Below, one piece after another: positions 49,705 to 58,697 of a stretch of 64,000 bases of DNA. The notes under the pieces are model-generated. The model was not told the DNA's origin. It saw only the letters and a program-made list of their open reading frames with translations, and did not search any database. How positions within the stretch are numbered: the first letter of the stretch is position 1; each line of letters opens with the position of its first letter. A program made the translations under genes and the position numbers. Origin of the DNA: an uncultured Methanosarcinales archaeon (GTDB lineage: Archaea; Nanobdellota; Nanobdellia; Woesearchaeales; CAZOXR01); assembly GCA_964566535.1 (NCBI GenBank), contig CAZMIO010000005.1:3271-67270 (forward strand), written 5' to 3'.

Positions 49705-50082
49705 ATGAAGATTAATAAATTTATGATAATTGGATTGATTGTTATCTTAGTAGTTGGAATTGTTTCTGTTTTTGCAACTGGAGATTACGGTAAATCTTGG
49801 TATGGACACAAGGGTTGGAAAGGGATGGGGAAACATTCCTCTCATCATGGAGATAAAAGTGGTTGGTTAGAGAAAATGGGATTGCCTGGAGATGCTTCAC
49901 ATGAAGAGATAATTGAAGCTAAAAAGAATCTTCAGTGGGGAGGCCATGGAGACCACATGAATATTATGAGGCAAAAGCTTGGATTGCCTGAAGATGCTTC
50001 GGATGAAGAAGTTAAAGAAGCGTGGCAAGAGATAAAAGGAGCGGAAGGTTTTGATAAAAAATCATTCTGTCATAGTTCTTAG
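49705..50082 (+). CDS. Secreted/anchored His-Gly-rich protein with two GLP.DAS.EE..EA repeats
   Basis: N-terminal hydrophobic signal; LEKMGLPGDASHEEIIEA and RQKLGLPEDASDEEVKEA. Confidence 0.72.
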   Translation: MKINKFMIIGLIVILVVGIVSVFATGDYGKSWYGHKGWKGMGKHSSHHGDKSGWLEKMGLPGDASHEEIIEAKKNLQWGGHGDHMNIMRQKLGLPEDASDEEVKEAWQEIKGAEGFDKKSFCHSS

Positions 50083-50106
50083 AGAGTTAGATAGAAACAT
50101 TATTGA

Positions 50107-50874
50107 TTACTCCAAAGGTTTTTGGGCAACAACAATTATTCTTTCAGAAAAAGTATCGTGATATGACTCCTGATGTATATCCCCGTAAACTGCTCTTGGT
50201 TCAAGACCAGCACTTCCAATCGCTGCCTTCAGATTTTCAGGCGTATATGCTTCTAATGTTATTTGGTGTCTACTTTCTGCTTGTGGGCCCTTGTAAATAA
50301 ATATCCATTCTACATTAATTCTTTTTGCTTCTTCATCAAGTGTCCTATCCTTAAGGATATATCTAGTTTGACCTTCATCCCAAACTTGCTCCAGGAAGTT
50401 CTTTCTTACCATACCACTGTTTACATAATCAATTAAGAATAACCCTCCTGGTTTTAGGACTCTGGCTATGTCATATGTTATTTTGAGGTCATCGAGAAAG
50501 GTAGAGTATCCGAACGAACTAGCATAACTGTATACTGCATCAAAAGAATCTTCTCGGAGTGGTAAATTCCTCATATCACCTTTAACTAGACTTAGATCAA
50601 TTCCTTCTTTATCGGCCTTTTGTTGGGCGAGATCTAATGCTACTTGTGAAATGTCAAGACCGGTGACATCAATTCCTCTTCTTGCAAGAGAAATTGCATG
50701 CCTCCCATTACCACATCCTAAATCTAGTACTCTTTGCCCTGGTTTTAACTCAAGGGCCTCTTCTATAAAATCAACTTGAGGAATAGCTCTTTCTATTTCT
50801 GCATCAACATGTTTTGGGGAGTGTCCTGAGTAAAGTTCGTCAAAAAGGGCTTCAACTGGGCCTTTTTTTGTCAT
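50107..50874 (-). CDS. Class I SAM-dependent methyltransferase
   Basis: VLDLGCGNGRH, GLDIS, GDMRNL, FDAVY. Confidence 0.92.
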   Translation of the reverse strand: MTKKGPVEALFDELYSGHSPKHVDAEIERAIPQVDFIEEALELKPGQRVLDLGCGNGRHAISLARRGIDVTGLDISQVALDLAQQKADKEGIDLSLVKGDMRNLPLREDSFDAVYSYASSFGYSTFLDDLKITYDIARVLKPGGLFLIDYVNSGMVRKNFLEQVWDEGQTRYILKDRTLDEEAKRINVEWIFIYKGPQAESRHQITLEAYTPENLKAAIGSAGLEPRAVYGDIHQESYHDTFSERIIVVAQKPLE

Positions 50875-50987
50875 AAAGAAAGGTAATCTAATGTGATATA
50901 AAATTGTTTAGTTTTCTGGTTAGAGATTGTAAATAAGAAATATTTATATAAACTAATTCTAAATGTTAATGAAAGAGGTGAATTGAG

Positions 50988-51209
50988 ATGGTAGAAGCAA
51001 GTGATGTTATTGATATGTTGATTAGGTCGGGAGATGGTGTAGATCCAGTTAAGATTGGATATGTAGTTGTGATTCTACTTTTGATAGTAGCTTGGATTAG
51101 GAAAGGTAAGCCTAAGGATAGGATGGATGCTGGAATGCCTAGTGCTAGGATGCCTAAAGTAAAGAAAGATAAAGGATTTGGGAAGGATATGGGTGGCGGG
51201 AAGATATAA
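50988..51209 (+). CDS. Small single-TM protein
   Basis: GAGGTGA SD and TATA upstream; one TM helix then a Lys/Gly-rich tail. Confidence 0.6.
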   Translation: MVEASDVIDMLIRSGDGVDPVKIGYVVVILLLIVAWIRKGKPKDRMDAGMPSARMPKVKKDKGFGKDMGGGKI

Positions 51210-51215
51210 AATAGT

Positions 51216-51983
51216 TTACCTACTTTCTGGTCTGTAGGTTCCAGCACCTGGTGATTCCATTGGAGGTGCTAGATGTTCTTGTTCTAATAGTGGGCCTTGG
51301 AGTAATTTTCTTACGTTTGCATCACTTGGGTCTTCGCGTAGTGCTCCATTCTCGTACAAAGGCTTAAGGAATGCTATTGCTAAGTCTGGAGCACTCATCC
51401 AATGGACGACTGCATCAGGGTGCACTGAAGGATTTGCAAGCCCATGAAAGTAACAAAGAGCACCAACTTCTTGAGGAGGTAAAAATCTTTCCCTCGAGAC
51501 CCAATCCTGAGTTATTCTTCTATTATCAAATGGTATATGCGGCATACGTGGTGCAACTTGCATAACTGCGTCATATTGTGTAAACCTTCCAATTCCACCT
51601 TGATCTAAAATAACTTGATCATGTGCTCCATGAAGGTCTATTGGAATTGTAAATTCCGGTACAGTAAACCAATACGCACCAGGCCCGTGAGTTGTGAAGA
51701 ATGCATTATAGGCTTCAAGCCTTCCCCGTAAAGTTTCATCTTCAGGAGGACCAATATTTAATTCTAAATAAGGATAACCTTCTTTAAATCCGTATCTTCT
51801 AACATTAACCATAAATTCTTCATCGTGGTCACTAAGTTCTAATCCATCTGTTACCATAGCGATAATAGCGTCTCCTAAATCCTCTAAGGTTGCGCTGTTA
51901 TCGACAGGATGGACTGTTTGTAGAAATTCAACGTGTGAAGGTGTTATTCCTTCTCTTCCTTCTAATAGTGTAGTAAGTGCCAT
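51216..51983 (-). CDS. Hypothetical (orphan) protein
   Basis: 255-aa ORF, TATA ~25 nt upstream. Confidence 0.75.
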   Translation of the reverse strand: MALTTLLEGREGITPSHVEFLQTVHPVDNSATLEDLGDAIIAMVTDGLELSDHDEEFMVNVRRYGFKEGYPYLELNIGPPEDETLRGRLEAYNAFFTTHGPGAYWFTVPEFTIPIDLHGAHDQVILDQGGIGRFTQYDAVMQVAPRMPHIPFDNRRITQDWVSRERFLPPQEVGALCYFHGLANPSVHPDAVVHWMSAPDLAIAFLKPLYENGALREDPSDANVRKLLQGPLLEQEHLAPPMESPGAGTYRPESR

Positions 51984-52102
51984 AGGTAATACTTTTGTGT
52001 TTGGGTTTTATATATTTTACTAAAAAATCAATGAAAAAAACCATTAAAAATAAAGAAAATAAATAATAAATTATTTAAACTAATTGTTATTTCTATTATT
52101 TT

Positions 52103-52513
52103 ATGAATCAAGGACCAGAATATCAAGCAAAGGCGCTTTATGAGAGAGCAGGTATGTTAGCTATTAATGCTTCACAAGGAGATAATCCTGACTTGGATAG
52201 AGATGTTGCTGTTTTGGGGAGAGATGTAGTGGCTCCTGAATTTGAAGCGTATATGAGTGCCCTTTTTGCTATTGGTTTACGTCATAGCGGGGGTGTTCAT
52301 AGAAGGGGGGGTCCTGGTGAATCGGAAGCTGATCCAGTATTGATGCTCCGTGATGCGTTTAGAAGTGCAGAAGATTGTTATGCGTTCGGACGTAGATATG
52401 ATGATAGCCGTACAGATGGTAAGCGAACAGAGAATTTATTGAGATTGGCTACTGCATTATTAACATTGGATAATACTGGTAACTATTTAGATGCTATTGT
52501 TATAGGAGAATAG
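52103..52513 (+). CDS. Hypothetical (orphan) protein
   Basis: 136-aa ORF downstream of an AT-rich promoter-like spacer. Confidence 0.7.
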   Translation: MNQGPEYQAKALYERAGMLAINASQGDNPDLDRDVAVLGRDVVAPEFEAYMSALFAIGLRHSGGVHRRGGPGESEADPVLMLRDAFRSAEDCYAFGRRYDDSRTDGKRTENLLRLATALLTLDNTGNYLDAIVIGE

Positions 52514-52524
52514 ACTATTTATTT

Positions 52525-53172
52525 CTAGAATTTCAACTGTGTTTGGGGATCTTTTTTTCTTCTTTGTATACTAGGATGGTTTTTATCCAGGTAATCGCCC
52601 ATCTTGGAGATATCTTTTTCTATTACTTCTCTGAGTTGGGGTCGGTAGAGCATTGCGGCTGGGTGGTATAATGGGATTACTACGAACTTTTCGTCTTTGA
52701 TTAGTATTTCTTTGTTTATGCCATGAAGGTTTGTGATGCCTTCAATTTGTTTCATGGAATCTGGTTCAAAGCCTGCTAGTACGAACTTTGTTGCGTAGTT
52801 GCCTAGAGTTGCTATGATTGCTGGTTTGATTACTTTAATTTGTTCTATTAAGAATGGAGTGTGTGCTTTTATTTCATCTACGTTGGGATTACGGTTTTTT
52901 GGGGGTCTATATTTTAGTATGTTTGCTATGTAAACATCATCTAGTCCTAAGTCGATTAAAGAAAGTAGTTTGTCTAATTGTTTTCCTGCTGCTCCTACGA
53001 AAGGATAACCTTCTAGATCTTCATTTTTTCCTGGGGCTTCTCCGATGAATAGGATTGGTGCTTCTGGATTGCCTTTACCAAAGACTAGGTTTGTTGCAGT
53101 GTCTTGTAGAGGAAGAGTAGTATTTAGAATATTTTTTTTGACTTCTTCGAGTTTGGCTGTTTTGTCATCCAT
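52525..53172 (-). CDS. udg: Uracil-DNA glycosylase family 4
   Basis: FIGEAPGKNED..G.PFVG.AG, ANILKYRPP.NR.P, YHPAA. Confidence 0.93.
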   Translation of the reverse strand: MDDKTAKLEEVKKNILNTTLPLQDTATNLVFGKGNPEAPILFIGEAPGKNEDLEGYPFVGAAGKQLDKLLSLIDLGLDDVYIANILKYRPPKNRNPNVDEIKAHTPFLIEQIKVIKPAIIATLGNYATKFVLAGFEPDSMKQIEGITNLHGINKEILIKDEKFVVIPLYHPAAMLYRPQLREVIEKDISKMGDYLDKNHPSIQRRKKDPQTQLKF

Positions 53173-53173
53173 G

Positions 53174-53455
53174 TTATTTTGTATCTTCTACTCTGATAAT
53201 ATGATATCCGAATTGAGTCTTTATTGGTTTTGATATTTCTCCTTTTTGCATTGAGAATGCGGCTTGTTCAAATTCCCTTACCATTTGGCCTTTATTAAAC
53301 CAGCCTAGATTTCCTTCTTTCTTTTTAGAAGGGCATATTGATACTTCTCTTGCGACTTCTCCGAAAGATTTTCCATGGGTAACGTCGTAATAGGCTACGT
53401 TTGCTTCTTCTTCTGTCTTTACGAGAATATGTGATGCGTTTACTTTGTTTGTCAT
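53174..53455 (-). CDS. ppiC: Parvulin-type peptidyl-prolyl isomerase
   Basis: ASHILV, F..VA...S.CPS...GNLGWF..GQMV..FE..AF, TQFGYHII. Confidence 0.93.
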   Translation of the reverse strand: MTNKVNASHILVKTEEEANVAYYDVTHGKSFGEVAREVSICPSKKKEGNLGWFNKGQMVREFEQAAFSMQKGEISKPIKTQFGYHIIRVEDTK

Positions 53456-53494
53456 GATTAGAAGTAAAGTTAAGGGTTATATAAATTTATTTGA

Positions 53495-53929
53495 TTAAAC
53501 AGCATAACCAGGATTTTTTCTTGATTCATATTTTCTGACTAAGAAATCTAATCCTTTTCTGATTGCAGGCATTGTAAATTGAGCATGATCTTCAATGAAA
53601 TTGGCTGCTTTTTCTCCTAATCCGCTATAGTAAAGATCTACTACCCTTCTTCCTAGTCTAGATTCATTCAGAACTTCGTCTCTAAGGGCTCTAAGTGTTA
53701 GAACTTCTGGAGCATTTGTATCCCCATATACTGCTGTTGCGATGAAACATGATGATTCGGTTTCAAATTTAGTGATATCATCCCTATTATAGCTAACATC
53801 AGTGCCCCAATCTTTTTCAATAGTTACCCAATTATCTGTAGTTGTTAGAACTCCTGTTTCCCTTTTAATAGTTCCATCTCTAAAATGTAGAATATGTGTT
53901 CTACTTGGTGGTTTATTTTCTTCGGCCAT
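53495..53929 (-). CDS. CFI-box-CTERM domain protein
   Basis: SCFIATAVYG..APEV..LR..RD..L..S.LGR..V..YY. Confidence 0.85.
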   Translation of the reverse strand: MAEENKPPSRTHILHFRDGTIKRETGVLTTTDNWVTIEKDWGTDVSYNRDDITKFETESSCFIATAVYGDTNAPEVLTLRALRDEVLNESRLGRRVVDLYYSGLGEKAANFIEDHAQFTMPAIRKGLDFLVRKYESRKNPGYAV

Positions 53930-53976
53930 AATGGAAACATAGAAGTGTAACTATGTTTAAAAAGATTATTAAAAAA

Positions 53977-54174
53977 TTAACTAAACATCTTAGTCATTGG
54001 TTTGATTGATGCTAAAATTGCGATTATTAGATACCACCACCATTCTAGTGCTAGGAGTGGAGTCCAAAGCTTTGCTATCATCAATGCGAATGCTGCTGAT
54101 GCTAACTTTACCATTGCTATATCGCATGTTTTTAACTTAGGTATCTTTTCGTTTGCCCAATTGAATAATCCCAT
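53977..54174 (-). CDS. Small membrane protein
   Basis: GAGGTGA SD; two hydrophobic helices. Confidence 0.65.
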   Translation of the reverse strand: MGLFNWANEKIPKLKTCDIAMVKLASAAFALMIAKLWTPLLALEWWWYLIIAILASIKPMTKMFS

Positions 54175-54389
54175 AATATCACCTCAATAGAGATTATGGT
54201 TAAACTGGTTAATAAAGATTGTGGAATGGTTAATTCTAAAATAAATAAATAGAGGGGGTAGGTGTCCTCATTCACTTTATGTTCAAATAGATGCCCTCCA
54301 CTCACCCTAGGATGTTGAAAGAGGAAAGTGAACATTTAACAGAAAATTTATAAATTATCATTCTTTCTTCAAAGTTAAGGGGGAAACAA

Positions 54390-55367
54390 ATGACTTTTTG
54401 GGAAGGTAAAAACGTATTAATAACTGGGGCTAATGGATTTATTGGTTCTTATGTAACTAAGGCGCTAGTAGATAAAGGAGCTAATGTTACTGCTTTGATT
54501 AGAGATAAGATTCCTAATTCTAATTTGATTCTGTCTGGGACGGCAAATAAAATTAACCTAATTGAGGGTTGTTTGACTGACATTGATGTTATCAAAAGAG
54601 CATTGAATGAATATGAGATTGATACTATTTTTCATTTAGCTGCACAAGCTATCGTGACTACAGCAAATAGATCTCCGTTATCAACTTTTGAATCTAATAT
54701 TAAAGGGACTTGGAATGTTTTGGAGGCATGTAGGTTACATGAACTAACAAAGAGAGTTGTTATTGCATCTAGTGATAAGGCTTATGGGGATCAAGAAAAG
54801 CTTCCATACACTGAAGAATCACCCCTGTTAGGATTATATCCTTACGATGCTTCAAAAGCATGTGCGGATATTTTATCTCAATCTTATCACAAGACATACA
54901 AACTGCCAGTTGCGATTACGAGGTTAGCAAATACTTATGGTGGAGGAGATTTGAATTTCAGTAGAATTATTCCAGATACTATTAGAGCAATAATCAACAA
55001 CAAAGCCCCAATCATAAGAAGTGATGGAACTCCTGTTAGGGATTATATGTATGTTGAGGATGCTGCTTCTGCTTACATAACACTCGCTGAAAATTTAGAT
55101 AATGAAGAAGTAGTTGGAAAAGGATTTAATTTTGGGACTAACACTCCGGTTAGTGTGATTGAGCTAGTAAATAAGATGCTTAAAGCTGCTAATTCTGAGT
55201 TAAAACCAGTTATACAAGGAACAGCTAAGAGTGAGATAGATAAACAGTACTTAGACAGTTCAAAAGTGAAAAGGATAATGGGCTGGGAGCCTAAATTTAG
55301 TTTAGATGAAGGCCTAAAAGCAACAATTGAATGGTACAATCAGAATCTAACTAAAATAGAAAAATGA
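54390..55367 (+). CDS. NAD-dependent sugar epimerase/dehydratase, CDP-glucose 4,6-dehydratase (RfbG)-like
   Basis: FWEGKNVLITGANGFIGS, FHLAAQAIV, SSDKAYG, YDASKAC, NTYGGGD.NFSRIIP, RDYMYV. Confidence 0.88.
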   Translation: MTFWEGKNVLITGANGFIGSYVTKALVDKGANVTALIRDKIPNSNLILSGTANKINLIEGCLTDIDVIKRALNEYEIDTIFHLAAQAIVTTANRSPLSTFESNIKGTWNVLEACRLHELTKRVVIASSDKAYGDQEKLPYTEESPLLGLYPYDASKACADILSQSYHKTYKLPVAITRLANTYGGGDLNFSRIIPDTIRAIINNKAPIIRSDGTPVRDYMYVEDAASAYITLAENLDNEEVVGKGFNFGTNTPVSVIELVNKMLKAANSELKPVIQGTAKSEIDKQYLDSSKVKRIMGWEPKFSLDEGLKATIEWYNQNLTKIEK

Positions 55368-56005
55368 AAGCTGTTGTAGTTCTTCCCACTAAGAATGAAG
55401 AGAAAAGTATTGAATTTATGGTTAATGAAATTAAAAAACTAAATCTAGATGTTTTTGTTTCTGATGAACAGTCAACTGATAAAACATTAGAGATAGCTAA
55501 AAAACTAAAAGTTCCTGTTTACCAAAGGGATGGTTCTGGTAAAGGTTTTGGAGTAAGAAAGGCAATTCAAGTTGCAAAAGAGAAAGGTTATGATATTTTA
55601 ATATTAATAGACTGCGATAAGACTTATCCAACGAAGTATATCCCAGAATTGCTTAAGTTTTTTCCTAAGTATGATATGGTTGTTGGGGCTAGGAAACTTA
55701 ACCATGTAAGGCTATTACATAGATTACCCAATATGGTTCATACTGAGAGTATTAATTTATTATATGGTTCCAACCTTAGAGATATCAATTCTGGGTTAAG
55801 GGCATTTAATATAGATAAGATGCCTAACTTAAATGCAAAAGGATTTGATGTTGAAGCTCAGATTACAACAAAAGCAATTAAGAAAAAACTGAAAATAAAG
55901 GAAGTACCAATTGTATATGAAAAAAGGGAAGGGGATTCAAAGATTAGAATAAAAGATGGGTTTTTAATCTTATCAAGAATCTTAAAAGAGAGAATTAAAA
56001 GATGA
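55364..56005 (+). CDS. GT2 glycosyltransferase
   Basis: LPTKNEE, DEQSTD, GKGFG, IDCDKTYP, DINSGLR. Confidence 0.9.
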   Translation: MKAVVVLPTKNEEKSIEFMVNEIKKLNLDVFVSDEQSTDKTLEIAKKLKVPVYQRDGSGKGFGVRKAIQVAKEKGYDILILIDCDKTYPTKYIPELLKFFPKYDMVVGARKLNHVRLLHRLPNMVHTESINLLYGSNLRDINSGLRAFNIDKMPNLNAKGFDVEAQITTKAIKKKLKIKEVPIVYEKREGDSKIRIKDGFLILSRILKERIKR

Positions 56006-57651
56006 AGAAGTTAAATATTGAAGCTATTGTACTGATTATTTTTTGTACAGCCTTCTTATGGTTTGCAGCTGGGAATATTCTAGATAATAAGATAACTCAT
56101 GATTTTCCGGTAGGTTTTTTTGCTTCTGATTCTTTCCAAAATTATGGTATAGCGGAAGGGATAAAAGAAAGCGGCAATTATAAATTCCAGCCAATGTCAG
56201 TTGCTGGCGGTTATAAAGATGTTGTTGGAACTCATTATCCAACGATATATCATTTAACTGCATTGTTTTCTGTTCAGACAGGTATTAAGGTTTATGATTC
56301 ATTAATTTTTATGATAATCTTTCTTTTGTTAAGTACTTCATTGATGATGTATTTCATAATTCGGAAGTTCAGCAAAGGTGCTGCAATGATTGCATTGCCT
56401 TTAATGATGTTAGTCAGCTATAGCAAATTTTCATCTGCAATAACATGGGGGCAGCATGGTGCAATAACTGGAAGCTTTTTTTTAGTGGCTTTATTGTGGG
56501 CTTTTACTAAATTTGAATTAAACAATCCTTTTTTCATAATTATTTTCTTAAGTGGCACTTTCTTTGGGCATCAACCAGAGTTTGTTTTCGGATTAGGATT
56601 TATTTTCCTATATTTTGTTCTAAAATTTATCAGAAAGGATCTCAAAGCAGGAGATATTAAAAAAATAATTACTATTGGAGTTATCACTCTTTTGATAATC
56701 TCTTACTATCTCATAATTTTTAAGTTTGCATGGGTGAGTGCTGGTTTTTCTGCTCTTGAGATAGTCAGTGTTGAGAAATTTTTAGAGGGAAGAGCTTTTC
56801 CCCCTGTTCTGTTATTTGATGATTTTAATTTTTTAATCTTGATCTTTTCTTTTATAGGAATAGCCATAGTAAGCTTAATGTTGTTTAAGAAGAAAAATAC
56901 TTTATCTGCTGCAATGTTGTTTTTATTCTTACTAGGGTTAACCAATTATATTGGTGCTGGGCATAAAGCGTTCCAGCAGAGGTTCTTATGGCCAATATAC
57001 TTATCTGCTTTTTTTGGGATAGGTATTTATTATGCTATCAAGTTTATCATGAAAAGAGTTAATGTTATTTTTTCGGCTGGTGTTTTTATATTATTATTAA
57101 TCATATTCATTCCAGCATTTGGTGGAAAAACAAATGCTGGAAGCAGTATTGATGCTGCTCATTGGGCGGGTTTTGATTGGATAAGAGATAATGTTGAGAT
57201 GGACAAACCAGTATATTTCCTTTACCAGGACATGATAGGGCAGAGATCAATTTACTATGCTAGTACACAAAGAGAAACTTATGTTTTAGATGTTGGAAGC
57301 TTTATTCAGGATATCCAATCAGGGATGATTAAAAGGAGTTATAAGATGGTATTGAGTGCTGAAGGGGGAGCAGGATTGCCTTATAGGAAATCCCTTTTTG
57401 AGTTTGGGAAACATATGTCTGAAGTTGCTGAGCGGATGAAGGAGAGAGTAGATATATGTACTATGCCTTATATTGTATTTGATAAGGTTTCGAGTCAAGA
57501 GGCATTGTCAACCTATAATCTGATGATTGCAAATGAATTATTGAAGAATGAGTGGATAAGTGTAGTTTATGGTGATAACCCATCCGTTGTAATAATCAAA
57601 AATAATAGACCAGGAGTGGATTGTATTGAAGAACGAAGTTTTAATGAATAA
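56002..57651 (+). CDS. Multi-pass GT-C-like membrane protein, copy A
   Basis: N-terminal TM, loop with DS.., about 11 TMs, soluble C-terminus with FDWIRDN. Confidence 0.7.
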   Translation: MKKLNIEAIVLIIFCTAFLWFAAGNILDNKITHDFPVGFFASDSFQNYGIAEGIKESGNYKFQPMSVAGGYKDVVGTHYPTIYHLTALFSVQTGIKVYDSLIFMIIFLLLSTSLMMYFIIRKFSKGAAMIALPLMMLVSYSKFSSAITWGQHGAITGSFFLVALLWAFTKFELNNPFFIIIFLSGTFFGHQPEFVFGLGFIFLYFVLKFIRKDLKAGDIKKIITIGVITLLIISYYLIIFKFAWVSAGFSALEIVSVEKFLEGRAFPPVLLFDDFNFLILIFSFIGIAIVSLMLFKKKNTLSAAMLFLFLLGLTNYIGAGHKAFQQRFLWPIYLSAFFGIGIYYAIKFIMKRVNVIFSAGVFILLLIIFIPAFGGKTNAGSSIDAAHWAGFDWIRDNVEMDKPVYFLYQDMIGQRSIYYASTQRETYVLDVGSFIQDIQSGMIKRSYKMVLSAEGGAGLPYRKSLFEFGKHMSEVAERMKERVDICTMPYIVFDKVSSQEALSTYNLMIANELLKNEWISVVYGDNPSVVIIKNNRPGVDCIEERSFNE

Positions 57652-57988
57652 GATTAAGAAAGAGTCTGTATCTATTTTAAGCATTTTTATAGTTGCTTTG
57701 CTAATCTTTAAGATTGCTTTTTTTAAGGAAAGCTTTTCTACTATTCTTGGAACTGTATGGGGGCTTTTTTGGCTGATAGTCTTGCCTGGCTTTGCCATTA
57801 TGTATCTTTGGCATGATAAACTAGGATTTATTGAAAGGTTAGTTGCAGGTATTGCAGTTGGGGCTTCAATCACTGGGATTTCGTCTTATTACTTAGGTAT
57901 TTTTGGTTTGAATATCAGCAATCATACAATAATTCTGCCAATAATTATATTATTGGTCAGCGTAATACTAATCTTAAGGAAAAAATAA
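57644..57988 (+). CDS. Small membrane protein (DUF1616 N-terminus-like), copy A
   Basis: LPGFAI...IER...G.S pattern. Confidence 0.65.
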   Translation: MNKIKKESVSILSIFIVALLIFKIAFFKESFSTILGTVWGLFWLIVLPGFAIMYLWHDKLGFIERLVAGIAVGASITGISSYYLGIFGLNISNHTIILPIIILLVSVILILRKK

Positions 57989-57989
57989 A

Positions 57990-58421
57990 ATGTCTATCTT
58001 AATCCATTTTTTAACTTCACTCTTATTAGCACTAATCTTATCTATCTTTTATGGTTGGTACTCCCTTTGGGCGTTTGTTGGAGGGGTATTAGTGGATGTA
58101 GACCATTACCTCCTATACGTTTCAAAGTTTAGAAATATCAATTTGAAAAAGATTTACCATTACTATGCTGTAGAGGGTTGTTATTTTAAGGGTATGTATT
58201 GCGTCTTTCATTCTTTTGAATTGATTTTGTTGCTTGGAGCATTATCTTTTTTTTCTGAGATAGTTTTGATAATCACAATAGGACTTTTCCTTCATTATGT
58301 GTTAGATATTATATTTGAATTGAAGTATTGTGGAAAAACTATAAAGAATTGGTCATTTATTTTGTTCGTCAGAAACACGTACTTTGGAACGTCTTTTGAT
58401 AAAAAACCAAGTCCCAAATAA
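57990..58421 (+). CDS. Membrane metal-dependent hydrolase-like protein (YdjM-like)
   Basis: IH, GVLVDVDH, FHS, LHYVLD. Confidence 0.7.
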   Translation: MSILIHFLTSLLLALILSIFYGWYSLWAFVGGVLVDVDHYLLYVSKFRNINLKKIYHYYAVEGCYFKGMYCVFHSFELILLLGALSFFSEIVLIITIGLFLHYVLDIIFELKYCGKTIKNWSFILFVRNTYFGTSFDKKPSPK

Positions 58422-58697
58422 GATTATTAGTGCTATGATTATTGAGAGTCTAAAACTTATTACTAATCCCATATAGTAAACTAATGTAGGGATTATCCCC
58501 ATCCCCAAAAAGAAGGAATATATTATTCTTTCTAAGGAACTGAATTTTAAGTAGTCTAAGATTAAGTATACCGGCAGTATAAAAATAAAGATAATCCCCA
58601 GTAAAAGCCTAAGTCCTGTAAATTTGAAGAATATTAAGAAGAATAACGAGATTACTGCAATTGTTCCCATTAATAATTTCTTATTATTTAGTTTCAA
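58353..58697 (-). CDS. Small membrane protein (DUF1616 N-terminus-like), copy B
   Basis: ILPVYLI...LER...S..LG pattern; similar to 57644-57988; start uncertain. Confidence 0.62.
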   Translation of the reverse strand: MKLNNKKLLMGTIAVISLFFLIFFKFTGLRLLLGIIFIFILPVYLILDYLKFSSLERIIYSFFLGMGIIPTLVYYMGLVISFRLSIIIALIILFGTWFFIKRRSKVRVSDEQNK

